In this document: positions 1-9,021 of the stretch, in pieces
Position numbering within the stretch: the stretch's first letter is position 1
Layout of the letters: every line of letters starts with the position of its first letter
From: an uncultured Verrucomicrobiae bacterium
GTDB lineage: Bacteria; Verrucomicrobiota; Verrucomicrobiia; Chthoniobacterales; UBA10450
Assembly: GCA_963834385.1 (NCBI GenBank)
Contig: CAWIBO010000002.1
Span: 320,001 to 384,000, forward strand
Length of the DNA: 64,000 nucleotides
Direction of reading: 5' to 3'
The notes under the pieces: model-generated
Seen by the model: only the letters and a program-made list of their open reading frames with translations
Databases searched by the model: none
Told to the model about the DNA's origin: nothing
Made by a program: the position numbers and the translations under genes

Positions 1-1135
1 CAGCCGGGTGGACGCCTTCTACACCGACCCAATCACGGGGAACGACTGGTATCGCATTCGGGTCCGCGGCACCACCCCGGTGAAAGGGTTGAAACGCACC
101 GGGATGGATTCGCGGCTTTCCGAGAACACGAAGGGCGACAGTCTCCTGCGCAAGATCGACTTCAATTACGACCACTTCATCGCCACCTACGGCCCGGCTG
201 GTGATGGCACCGGCAAGCAGATTGTCCCGGTGGCCTTCCCGCAGATCACCCGGCGGGTGGAGCTGATCGTCGCGCCGGTGACGCCGTTCGAGGCGGCGAT
301 CAAGGCCAGTGGCAGCTTTTATGGCCTGGGGAGCGCGGCGCAGATCGACAGTTTCAACTCGGCCAACGGTCCTTACCAGTTCGTGGCCAACAATCCTGGG
401 CACCCGCTCTTTCCCGATTCCCGAAGCGGCCATGTCCAGATCGGCACGGGCGTGGCCACGGTGATGGGATGGATCTATGGCAATCTCGCCACCAATGGCG
501 GCACCGTCCGTCGCACCGAGTATGTCAGCGGCACCATCGACAACAACGTGCCCTTCACTCTGCCGCCCTACAAAATGCCGTCGATGCCGCTGCCCCAGCC
601 GAGCCCGACCAACATCACCGGCAACGTCACCATCAATCCTCCCGGCGCGGCCACCGCGGCCAACCCGACCTATTACGTGGTCTCGTCCCTGCGCGGCGAC
701 CTGACCATCAACGCCTTCGGTTCGAACACGCCGACCCACGTCGCCATCCGCGTGACCGGCGACATCACGGGGAAAGTGCGGGTGAAACCGGAGGTGCGGG
801 CAAAAATATTCTTTGACGGCAACGTCGATCTCAAGACGCGCGACATTGTGAACGAGAGCGGCATCCCGGCGCGCCTCCAGTTTTACGGCATCAGTCCCAC
901 CGCGGCCGGGGTGACACAGACGATCAGCCTCACCCCCCCGGGCAACTTCGCCGCTACGTTCTACGCGCCCACGGCCGACTTTTCGATGAACGGAAACCCG
1001 GACATCACCGGAGCCATGGTTTGCCGGTCGTTTTACGGCAATGGCAACACCAGCTGGCATTACGACCGCGCGCTCGACAGCGAAGGTGAGGCGGTCGATT
1101 ACCGCATCATCAGTTACGTCGAGGATACCCGTTAA
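1..1135 (+). CDS. 5'-truncated hypothetical exported protein, PilX/pseudopilin-associated-like, beta-rich C-terminal domain
   Basis: Long ORF running in from the window edge; Gly/Asn/Thr-rich beta-strand repeats ending ...NGNTSWHYDRAL; family guess from recall only. Confidence 0.55.
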   Translation, partial: SRVDAFYTDPITGNDWYRIRVRGTTPVKGLKRTGMDSRLSENTKGDSLLRKIDFNYDHFIATYGPAGDGTGKQIVPVAFPQITRRVELIVAPVTPFEAAIKASGSFYGLGSAAQIDSFNSANGPYQFVANNPGHPLFPDSRSGHVQIGTGVATVMGWIYGNLATNGGTVRRTEYVSGTIDNNVPFTLPPYKMPSMPLPQPSPTNITGNVTINPPGAATAANPTYYVVSSLRGDLTINAFGSNTPTHVAIRVTGDITGKVRVKPEVRAKIFFDGNVDLKTRDIVNESGIPARLQFYGISPTAAGVTQTISLTPPGNFAATFYAPTADFSMNGNPDITGAMVCRSFYGNGNTSWHYDRALDSEGEAVDYRIISYVEDTR

Positions 1136-1174
1136 TCCGGCGGAGCGCTCATTTTCCGCTGTCAAGAAAATCCG

Positions 1175-1203
1175 TTGACAAGGCGGCTGTCGCTCCGCAG
1201 AGT
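1175..1203 (+). promoter_or_regulatory. sigma70-type promoter of rpoZ-smpB
   Basis: TTGACA-17 bp-CAGAGT upstream of rpoZ. Confidence 0.5.
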
Positions 1204-1330
1204 CACCGTTCCCTTTTCCTCGTCGATGATTGCCCTCGAGCCCACCCCCTCAGCCTTGCTGGCGTCCTCGCCGAACATTCTTCAATTCCCGACGGAAACG
1301 TCCCCCGGCGTGCCCCGTTCCAAGCGTAAT

Positions 1331-1552
1331 ATGACCACCCAACTTCTCCAGGAAGCCGCGCAAGTGATCCCGAACCAGCAACTCCTGATCAACGTCGTCT
1401 CCAAGCGAGTGCGGCAGTTGGGTCTCGGTCATCGTCCCATGGTGGAAGCGACCCCGCGCTCTTCCCTCACCGACATCGCCCTCAAGGAAATCATCGCCGG
1501 CAAGCTCACCTTCGAGAATATCGAGGATGGGGCCGAGGACGCCGCGAAATAA
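1331..1552 (+). CDS. rpoZ: RNA polymerase omega subunit
   Basis: LINVVSKRVRQL...IALKEIIAGKL omega motifs; ATG at 1331. Confidence 0.9.
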   Translation: MTTQLLQEAAQVIPNQQLLINVVSKRVRQLGLGHRPMVEATPRSSLTDIALKEIIAGKLTFENIEDGAEDAAK

Positions 1553-1612
1553 TTTCTCTTCGCGCGGCCCCTTTCGGTCGCCCGCGACTCCTGGTTGAGG
1601 CAAGTTGCTGAA

Positions 1613-2077
1613 ATGGCGGCCGAAACCATCCTGAACCGCAAAGCGCTGCGGGATTATCATATCCTCGAGCGGTTCGAGGCCGGCATCGCGCTCAAAGGGA
1701 GCGAAGTAAAATCGGTGCGCGCCGGCAAGGCGAACATCAACGACGCCTTTGCCCGGATCGAGAAAGGGGAGGCCTTCCTCTACAACGCCGACATCCAGCC
1801 CTATGCCCAGGCCAGCCACGATCCGCCGGCGCCCAGGCGCGTGCGCAAACTCCTCCTGCACCGGCAGGAGATCGAAAAGCTTTTCGGCCTGAGCAACATC
1901 TCCGGCCGCACCCTCGTGGTCCTGCGTCTTTATTGGAAGAACGGAAAGCTGAAGACCGAGATCGGGGTGGGGCAGGGCAAGGTGGCGCACGACAAGCGGG
2001 CCGACTTGAAGAAGCGCGCGGTCGACCGGGAAACCGCGCGCGAAGTGGCGCGGTTCAATCGCCGCCACGCCGGTTAA
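1613..2077 (+). CDS. smpB: SsrA-binding protein
   Basis: NRKALRDY, EAGIALKGSEVKS, RKLLLHRQEI, GKVAHDKR motifs. Confidence 0.97.
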   Translation: MAAETILNRKALRDYHILERFEAGIALKGSEVKSVRAGKANINDAFARIEKGEAFLYNADIQPYAQASHDPPAPRRVRKLLLHRQEIEKLFGLSNISGRTLVVLRLYWKNGKLKTEIGVGQGKVAHDKRADLKKRAVDRETAREVARFNRRHAG

Positions 2078-2078
2078 T

Positions 2079-2346
2079 CTTTTTACCGCAGAGGCGCAGA
2101 GAGCGCAGAGGAGGGCGGGGGGATGGAAGAGGATTTAACCCCGGTAGGGCGAGACTCTGTCGAGCCTGGGAGCAAGCGAGGCCAGGAAGTTTTACCACAG
2201 AGACCGCAGAGGACACAGAGAGGGGCGGGGGATTACAGGATTGAAGAAGGGAAAGGCATTCACACCCATCCTGTAAATCCTGTTAATCCTGTCTAAAAAC
2301 GTCACCAAGCCTTGTTCGTGAGGTCCCTCGCTTCGCTCGGGATGAC
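2079..2346. repeat. intergenic mosaic of several REP-like / short-period repeat modules
   Basis: TTTTACCGCAGAGGCGCAGAG (2079) and TTTTACCACAGAGACCGCAGAGGACACAGAG (2190); CCGGTAGGGCGAGACTCTGTCGAGCCTGGGAG (2141); inverted CAGGATTAACAGGAT module (2267-2293); GAGGTCCCTCGCTTCGCTCGGGATGAC (2320); most modules recur at 7.9-8.9 kb and 18.9-19.1 kb. Confidence 0.85.
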
Positions 2347-2397
2347 CGGCGCCGTGCCCGCCGCGACGAACTTCGCATTTCATGCGTAATTTCGTTC

Positions 2398-3294
2398 ATG
2401 GCCAGCTTCTTTGATCTTACCGGCAAAGCCGTTCTCATCACGGGTGGGTCGCGCGGCCTTGGACTGATGATTGCACGTGAGATCTGTTCCCGCGGCGGCC
2501 GCGTCGCCCTCGTGGCGCGCGGCGCCGAGGAACTCAACGCGGCCGTGGCCGAGCTGCGCGCCGCCGGCGGCGAGGCCGTCAGCATCGTGGCCGACCTGAC
2601 CGAGCGCGACCAGATCGAGCGGGCCGTGGCGGAAACGACGGAGAAACTCGGAGGACTTGATGTGCTGATCAACAACGCGGGCATGATCGAGGTGGGCCCG
2701 CTCGCGCACATGCAGCGCGCCGACTTCGAGAAATCGATGGCGCTGCATTACTGGGCACCGTTTGACCTGATGAATGCCGTTCTGCCGCGGATGCGGGAGC
2801 GCGGGGGCGGGCGCATTGCCAACGTGGCCTCGATCGGCGGGCTCATGGCGGTGCCGCACCTGGTGCCTTACTGCGCGAGCAAGTTTGCCCTCGTTGGTCT
2901 TTCCACCGGGATGCGCTCCGAGCTGGCCGCCGAGAATATCTTTGTCACCACCGTGACTCCCGGCCTGATGCGGACCGGGTCCCATGTGCACGCGAAGTTC
3001 AAGGGTGATCACAAGGCCGAGTTCGGCTGGTTCTCCTTTGCCGCGCAAGCGCCGTTGATCTCCATCCCGGCCGAGCGCGCCGCGAAGAAGATCGTGGACG
3101 GCCTTTGCCGGGGGCGCGCCCTGGTCATTTTTCCGTTCGTCACCCGCCTGGCGGTGATCGGCAACGCGATCATGCCGAACCTGACCGCCTGGATTAACAA
3201 AATGGTGAACCGTTTTCTCCCCGGCCGGGCGGGATCCGATGGCGACGAAATTCGTTCGGGCCAGGAGGCGGCGTCCGGCCAACGCGACGGCTGA
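2398..3294 (+). CDS. SDR family oxidoreductase
   Basis: TGGSRGLG, NNAG, YCASK motifs. Confidence 0.92.
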   Translation: MASFFDLTGKAVLITGGSRGLGLMIAREICSRGGRVALVARGAEELNAAVAELRAAGGEAVSIVADLTERDQIERAVAETTEKLGGLDVLINNAGMIEVGPLAHMQRADFEKSMALHYWAPFDLMNAVLPRMRERGGGRIANVASIGGLMAVPHLVPYCASKFALVGLSTGMRSELAAENIFVTTVTPGLMRTGSHVHAKFKGDHKAEFGWFSFAAQAPLISIPAERAAKKIVDGLCRGRALVIFPFVTRLAVIGNAIMPNLTAWINKMVNRFLPGRAGSDGDEIRSGQEAASGQRDG

Positions 3295-3321
3295 CCACGC
3301 TTTTGCGCCGCCTTTGCTGCA

Positions 3322-3861
3322 ATGAAACGGCTTTTTCTCGGCCTTCCCGTTCCGGACTATCTCGGGAATGCGCTGGCCGGGCTCGATCCCGGGATCGAAG
3401 GGGTGCGCTGGTTGGAGGCGACGCAGTTCCATCTGACCCTGGCTTTCCTGGGCGCGGTCGGACCGGAAGAACAGGCGCTGCTCGAGGAAAAACTGGGCGC
3501 GGTGGAGGTGGGACGTTTCTTCCTCCCCCTGCGCGGTCTCGGCACGTTCCCGGCGAAGGGCGAGCCCCGCGTGGTCTGGGTGGGAGTCGGCGCGGGCCAC
3601 CCGCATCTTTTCCAGCTGCACAAGCGGGTCAACGAGGCCGTGCTGGCGGCCGGGCTCGAGGCCGACCTGCGTCCGTGGCATCCCCATGTGACCCTGGCGC
3701 GCTGCGACCGCGCGCCGCGGGGCCCCGTGCAGAAATTTGTGCGCGAGCACGCCGACTTCGAGGCCGGCCTGATGAAAGCGGAGAGTTTCGCGCTCTTTTC
3801 CAGCCGACCCGGACCTGCCGGGTCGATCTACACCGTGGAAATGGAATTCGCGCTTCGCTAA
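3322..3861 (+). CDS. thpR: RNA 2',3'-cyclic phosphodiesterase (2H family)
   Basis: Two HxT motifs (HLTL, HVTL); MKRLFLGL start. Confidence 0.9.
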   Translation: MKRLFLGLPVPDYLGNALAGLDPGIEGVRWLEATQFHLTLAFLGAVGPEEQALLEEKLGAVEVGRFFLPLRGLGTFPAKGEPRVVWVGVGAGHPHLFQLHKRVNEAVLAAGLEADLRPWHPHVTLARCDRAPRGPVQKFVREHADFEAGLMKAESFALFSSRPGPAGSIYTVEMEFALR

Positions 3862-5183
3862 GCCGACGTGTCCCGCACCCCCGTCGGCGCGAGGATGGCG
3901 TCGCGCATGCCGTGCAGGAGCTTTTTGTCGGCCGGGCAGATGGTGGCGAGCGCGCCTTGCAGATGGACCTTCCCGTTCTCCACGAAGTAGTAAGGGCAAA
4001 GGCGAACCCGGCCTTTCATCGTGGTGAGGGTGCCGGTCTCGCGTTCCCAAAACGGATGTTCGACCAGTCGGCCCTTGTGAAAACGCTGCATGATCGTGGG
4101 CGACTCGGCGAACGTCGCCAGCGCGTTTTCGATCCGTCCCTCCCATTCCGCATGCGGCAGGTCCTGGCCGAGCGCCACCCCGCGGCTGCCCCAGGCCAGT
4201 GGGGAAAATCCGCTCACTTTCAGGAGCAGTTCCCTGTCCTTCTGGCTGAAACAGGCGGCTTCGCGCCAGTCATGAATCTCCAGCCGGGGGATGACGGCAT
4301 GCTGCGGGAGCGGCGCCGGATCGAGCAGCCAGGTGTAGGGAATGACCTCCTGCAGCTGCCGGAAATATTTGTCGCCCACCTCCCGCCGCCAGAACTCGCG
4401 CAAGGGCTGCAGCCAGAAAAGGGCGAACCACATCTTTTCCTCGAGGAACGGCTTCAGCGGCGGCGTCACCCGCACCGCGCCGTCGCCGGCCGCGCGCAAA
4501 AGCTCGTCCACTCGCGGAATATTCGGCAGGTCGAACAGCTCAAAGAACCGGTAGACCGCGCGGCCCGGTTGCGGCTGGTAGTTCTCCGCCGCCTGCACCG
4601 CCCAGGTGGCGTCGCCCGCCGTTCCCGCCAGCTTGCCCGCGGCCCATTCCATCTCGGGCCGATAAGTTGCCGCTTCCTGCGAAACAAGAATGTCGCCGCC
4701 GCCAGGCAAAACGGAACGAAAGCCCTCGAGCATGCCATGTTCGCCGCCGATCACTTCTTCGCCCAGCCCGGCGTAGGTTTCATTCAACCATGCCGTCAGG
4801 CCGATGCCGCCCGGGACGGAGTCAATCTCCGCAATCACGTAGCCGGTCTCGGTCAGGACAAGGTCCGGGCGAATCACCGCCGGCAGGTCGTCCCGAAACT
4901 CTTTTCGCCGCGAAAACTCGACCAGCTCGGCCGGTTTCCCCGCGTCGAGATATTGCGCGATCCAGGCCGGCTGTTTTCCTTTGGCGCTAAGCTGGTAAAG
5001 CTGGTTGCAGGCGCGCTGAAAGACATAAAGCCGGTGGCCGAGCTGTTCGAGTTCCCGGGCAAACGCGGGGGTCACCGGGAAAGGTTCCGGCGTCACGAGC
5101 CAGTCTTTCTCGGCGAACAACGCTTCCGCCGGGGTGGCCGCCCGGATGGCCTCGAGCCGCTGAGTCTCCGCCACTGCGGTCAT
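3858..5183 (-). CDS. hypothetical protein, circularly permuted ATP-grasp / glutathionylspermidine-synthase-like ligase
   Basis: RPDLVL..EIDSVPGGIG, LKVSGFS..WGSRGV, IMQRF, RVRLCPYYF pattern; 4-bp overlap with ruvA. Confidence 0.6.
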   Translation of the reverse strand: MTAVAETQRLEAIRAATPAEALFAEKDWLVTPEPFPVTPAFARELEQLGHRLYVFQRACNQLYQLSAKGKQPAWIAQYLDAGKPAELVEFSRRKEFRDDLPAVIRPDLVLTETGYVIAEIDSVPGGIGLTAWLNETYAGLGEEVIGGEHGMLEGFRSVLPGGGDILVSQEAATYRPEMEWAAGKLAGTAGDATWAVQAAENYQPQPGRAVYRFFELFDLPNIPRVDELLRAAGDGAVRVTPPLKPFLEEKMWFALFWLQPLREFWRREVGDKYFRQLQEVIPYTWLLDPAPLPQHAVIPRLEIHDWREAACFSQKDRELLLKVSGFSPLAWGSRGVALGQDLPHAEWEGRIENALATFAESPTIMQRFHKGRLVEHPFWERETGTLTTMKGRVRLCPYYFVENGKVHLQGALATICPADKKLLHGMRDAILAPTGVRDTSA

Positions 5184-5791
5184 CGTCCCAGGGCCATCTT
5201 CTTGAGCGCGAGTTTGACCAGTTCCTCCGCGCCCTGTCCCGATTGCTGCTGCTGGAGATCGCGCACCGTTTTGTGCGCTTCCACCTGCTTGTAACCGAGG
5301 GCGATCAACGCCAGCACCGCCTCATTGGCCTGTCCTTCCTCCGGCGTCGGGGCGTGCCCGGCGCTGGCCGCTTCCCAGGCCGCCGCGACGCCCACCTTGT
5401 CCTTCAACTCGAGCACGATGCGCTCCGCGGTTTTTTTGCCCAGCCCGCTGATTTTTGAAAGCGACGCCACATCGGAGTTGACCACCGCGGCCTTGAAATT
5501 GCCAACGCTCATGCCGCTGAGCACGGCCAGGGCCAGCTTGGGACCGATCCCGCTCACATGGTTCACCAGGAGACGGAAAAGGTCGCGCTCCGCCGCGGTC
5601 ATGAATCCAAAAAGAAGGTGGGCGTCCTCCCGCACATGCAGGTGGGTCAGGATGCGGACCGCTTCCCCCGGTGCCGGGAGCTTGTCATAGCTGGAAAGCG
5701 GGATGGCCAGCTCGTAGCCGACGCCGCCGACATCCACGATGGCTTGGGTGGGGAGGGCGGCGGAAAGTTTGCCTTCGAGAAAGGTGATCAT
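5180..5791 (-). CDS. ruvA: Holliday junction branch migration protein
   Basis: MITFLEGKL, GGVGYE, VREDAHLLFGF, SGIGPKLAL, GKKTAERIVLELKDK. Confidence 0.97.
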   Translation of the reverse strand: MITFLEGKLSAALPTQAIVDVGGVGYELAIPLSSYDKLPAPGEAVRILTHLHVREDAHLLFGFMTAAERDLFRLLVNHVSGIGPKLALAVLSGMSVGNFKAAVVNSDVASLSKISGLGKKTAERIVLELKDKVGVAAAWEAASAGHAPTPEEGQANEAVLALIALGYKQVEAHKTVRDLQQQQSGQGAEELVKLALKKMALGR

Positions 5792-5837
5792 CGCCGGTCA
5801 ATCCCTAACAGAGCGCCCGTATTCTGCAAACGAAGGG

Positions 5838-7283
5838 CTACTCCTCCTTGAGCAGGAGGGTGAGATCGACCCGCCGGCCCTTGACCAGGTTGAAACCTTC
5901 CACGCGAAACTGTTTCCAGGCGGCGGGCGGGGCGATCTCCTCGACCATGCGCGTGGGCAGAACGACAAAGCGCGGGCCCGGCTGCGCCATGAACGGGGCA
6001 ACGGTGCCGCGCTTGAGCGGCGTCATCCAGCCGTTGATGTGCCGGCGGAAATACCAGACCAGGCTCGGTTCCTGGTAGCCGACCGCGCCGAACTCCATCT
6101 CCGGCCGCAAATGCGGCCGCGCCGCCTCGAGCAGGGCGATCGATGGAAAAAAAGGCCGCGCCAGGGGCGGTGCCACCAGGGCGAAGAGAAAAAGCGCCGC
6201 CGCCGTGATACCGGCCCAGCGGCGCAAGGAACCCGTCCAGTGTTTCGCCAGCAGCAACGCCAGCAGCGGCAAAGCCGGCAGGGTATAGTGCGGCAGCTTG
6301 GTTGCGACCAGGCTGAAGATCACGAAAATGAGGCCGCTTCCGCAAAGAAGATAGCGATCGAGCGCATCGCGGTTTTGCCGGAGTGACCGAAACAGCGCCG
6401 GCAACCTGAGCGACCAGGGAAAGAAGCTGGCGAAAAGCGTCACGAAAAAGAACGGGAGGGTCAGGAGATAAAGGCCGAACGAGCGGGCGCCATGACCTTC
6501 CATTGAGGCCACGGACCGCTCCACCACATGTCGTCCGATGCCGATGCGGAAGAATTCGCCGTCGGTGCGGAGGAGCGCCGGCCCGGCCCAGGCACCCACC
6601 AAAAGAAGCATGAGGGCCAGCCCGATCGGAAAATGAAAACGACGATGCCGCGGGGTGGCGCCGACCGCTTCCCCCGCGCTGCGGTGCCGGGCAAGGAACC
6701 CGTACAGGGCCACCGCCAGCAGCGGCGTCCAGCCAATCGGCCCCTTGGCAAGGAAAGCGAAGGCGAGTGCGGGATGGAAGAGCCACCAGAAAAATCGTGG
6801 CCGCCCGCCCCGCAGCAATTCGAATCCGGCCCAGTGCGCGAGCGTGACAAAAAAGGTCAGCCACATGTCGGCCACCGCGGCGCGCGCATGTACGAACGTT
6901 TGCAGGCAGAGCGCAAAGATCAGGGCGGCCGCGAAACCGGTTCGCTCCGTCCCGGCGCGCCGGCCCCAGAGCAGGAGAAGCCATGAGGTGCCGGCGGCGG
7001 CAAGGGCGCTCGGCAGGCGGGCGGCGAAATCGGTTTCCCCGAGCAACCGATAGCTCGCGATCTGCGCCCAGTAGGTCAGCGGCGGTTTGTCGAAGCGATA
7101 ACCGTTGTTAAACCAGGGGACGACATAATCGCCCCGCTCCCGCATCTCGCGCGCGGCCTCGGCGAAACGCGGCTCGTCCCGGTCGATCAACGGCAGCGAC
7201 CAGCTCCCGGCCAGGTGAAAAAGAAAACAGCCGAGGAACAGAAGGAGGGAATTGCGGGTTGCAGGTTGCAAAGGCTGATTCAA
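5838..7283 (-). CDS. ArnT/PMT-like glycosyltransferase (GT39/GT83)
   Basis: DRDEPRFAEAAREM, DKPPLTYW, KGP, TKLPHY motifs; many TM segments; TTG start uncertain. Confidence 0.88.
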   Translation of the reverse strand: MNQPLQPATRNSLLLFLGCFLFHLAGSWSLPLIDRDEPRFAEAAREMRERGDYVVPWFNNGYRFDKPPLTYWAQIASYRLLGETDFAARLPSALAAAGTSWLLLLWGRRAGTERTGFAAALIFALCLQTFVHARAAVADMWLTFFVTLAHWAGFELLRGGRPRFFWWLFHPALAFAFLAKGPIGWTPLLAVALYGFLARHRSAGEAVGATPRHRRFHFPIGLALMLLLVGAWAGPALLRTDGEFFRIGIGRHVVERSVASMEGHGARSFGLYLLTLPFFFVTLFASFFPWSLRLPALFRSLRQNRDALDRYLLCGSGLIFVIFSLVATKLPHYTLPALPLLALLLAKHWTGSLRRWAGITAAALFLFALVAPPLARPFFPSIALLEAARPHLRPEMEFGAVGYQEPSLVWYFRRHINGWMTPLKRGTVAPFMAQPGPRFVVLPTRMVEEIAPPAAWKQFRVEGFNLVKGRRVDLTLLLKEE

Positions 7284-7285
7284 GA

Positions 7286-7945
7286 ATGGCGGCTCTGGAA
7301 AAACAAACGGGAATTTTCAACGGGGTCCGCCTGGCTTGGGTGCTGCTCCTGCTTTTCGCGGGGGCCATCCTCTCGCTTGGGGCCGGTTTTTACCTCGATT
7401 CAACGGTCACGCTCTGGATGGTCGAGCACAAGGACCGGGGCCTGCGCCATTTCATGCGCCTGGTGAGCAAAGTGGGGGATTGGCCCGCGCATATCGCCGT
7501 CGCGCTCCTCTTTCTCGCCTGGGCCTGGCACCGGGGAAAACGCACCTGGGTCCGGCTTCTCTTCGCCATGATGCTGGCCTGTGCCGTCGCCGGGATCCTC
7601 AATCGCGCGGTCAAGATCGGGGTCGGCCGGCCCCGGCCTGGCCTCGAGGCCGGGCTCGCCTGGCGGCCCCTGACCATGAACAACGATTTTCAGTCGTTCC
7701 CTTCCGGGCACACCGCGGCCACGGTTGGATTTTTCGGCGTTCTCCTGGTGCGACGACCACGCCTCGGCCTTGCCCTGTGGCCCATCCCGGTCCTGATCGC
7801 GGTCTCGCGGATGTATCTGACCGCGCATTATCTTTCCGATATCTTTGCCGCCAGCGCCATCGGCCTGGTCTCGGCGCTTCTGGTCGTTTGGTGGATGGAG
7901 CGCAAAGGCGAAGGGTTGCGCGGTCCGCCCACGCCTGCCCGGTAG
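7286..7945 (+). CDS. PAP2 family phosphatase
   Basis: KIGVGRPRP, SFPSGH, SRMYLTAHYLSD catalytic motifs. Confidence 0.92.
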   Translation: MAALEKQTGIFNGVRLAWVLLLLFAGAILSLGAGFYLDSTVTLWMVEHKDRGLRHFMRLVSKVGDWPAHIAVALLFLAWAWHRGKRTWVRLLFAMMLACAVAGILNRAVKIGVGRPRPGLEAGLAWRPLTMNNDFQSFPSGHTAATVGFFGVLLVRRPRLGLALWPIPVLIAVSRMYLTAHYLSDIFAASAIGLVSALLVVWWMERKGEGLRGPPTPAR

Positions 7946-8906
7946 GGCGAGACTCTGTTTAGCCTGGGAAGTATGCCAGGCTTCGAGAGTTTACCGCAGA
8001 GACCGCAGAGGACACAGAGGAACGCAGAGTTGGGAGGCGGGTTCTAAGCAGGAAACCGCCCGCCCGGTAGGGCGAGACTCTGTCGAGCCTGGGAGAGGAC
8101 AGGATTAACAGGATGGACAGGATTTAGAAGGAAGCGGGCTTCAGTTCGAATCGCGACCTACGTGCCACGGCGCGGCGGCGCGTGCTCCCAGGCTCCGCGG
8201 AGCGTCGCCCCACCGACGAGAGACCGCGTTCCTCCTACGATTCACTATTCACCATCCTCCATTCACGCCCTTCCTTCACCCCCGGTAGGGCGAGACTCTG
8301 TCGAGCCTGGGAGAAGAAGCACGCCGCGGAGGGACCTGCTTCCGCAGGTCCGCGGACGAGCGGAAGCTCGTCCCTCCGGGAAGAGGACAGGATTAACAGG
8401 ATGGACGGGATTTGCAGGAAGCAGGCTTCGGTTCGGATCACGACCCACGTGCCACGGCGCGGCGGCGCGTGCTCCCAGGCTCCGCGGAGCGTCGCCCCAC
8501 CGACGAGACACCGCGTTCCTCCTGCGATTCACTATTCACCATCCTCCATTCACGCCCTTCCTTCACCCCCGGTAGGGCGAGACTCTGTCGAGCCTGGGAG
8601 AAGGAGCACGCCGCGGAGGGACCTGCTTCCGCAGGTCCGCGGACGAGCGGAAGCCCGTTTCTCCGGGAAGAGGACAGGATTAACAGGATGGACAGGATTT
8701 GCAGGAAGCAGGCATTCGGTTCGGATCATGACCCACGTGCCACGGCGCGGCGCCGCGTGCTCCCAGGCTCCGCGGAGCGTCGCCCCACCGACGAGAGACC
8801 GCGTTCCTCGTACGATTCACTATTCACCATTTTCCATTCACGCCCTTCCCACTGCCACGGCGCGGCGGCGCGTGCTCCCAGGCTCCGCGGAGCGTCGCCC
8901 CACCGG
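7938..8906. repeat. BIME-like tandem array of a ~288-bp composite REP unit (~3 copies plus partial flanks)
   Basis: GTGCCACGGCGCGG...CCCCACCG at 8162, 8449, 8737, 8853; CGGTAGGGCGAGACTCTGT at 7940, 8065, 8283, 8570. Confidence 0.92.
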
Positions 8907-9021
8907 AGAGGGACCGCGCTGTTGACGTCGCACCGCGTTTTGCCCGGCGCGCGACGAAGCCGGTGGGAGGCGGAGAGGCCTTGACGAAGAGCGGGCGGCT
9001 GTCGAAGCATAGGCGCTTCCG

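Noticed and set aside
7938..8906. CRISPR array
   Set aside because: Sequences between the ~30-bp palindromes are themselves near-identical repeats about 250 bp long, not unique spacers; no cas genes in the window.
8162..8984. Repetitive ORFs of 137-247 aa across the tandem array
   Set aside because: By-products of a ~288-bp GC-rich repeat with few stops; open in several frames on both strands, with no RBS or protein-like composition.
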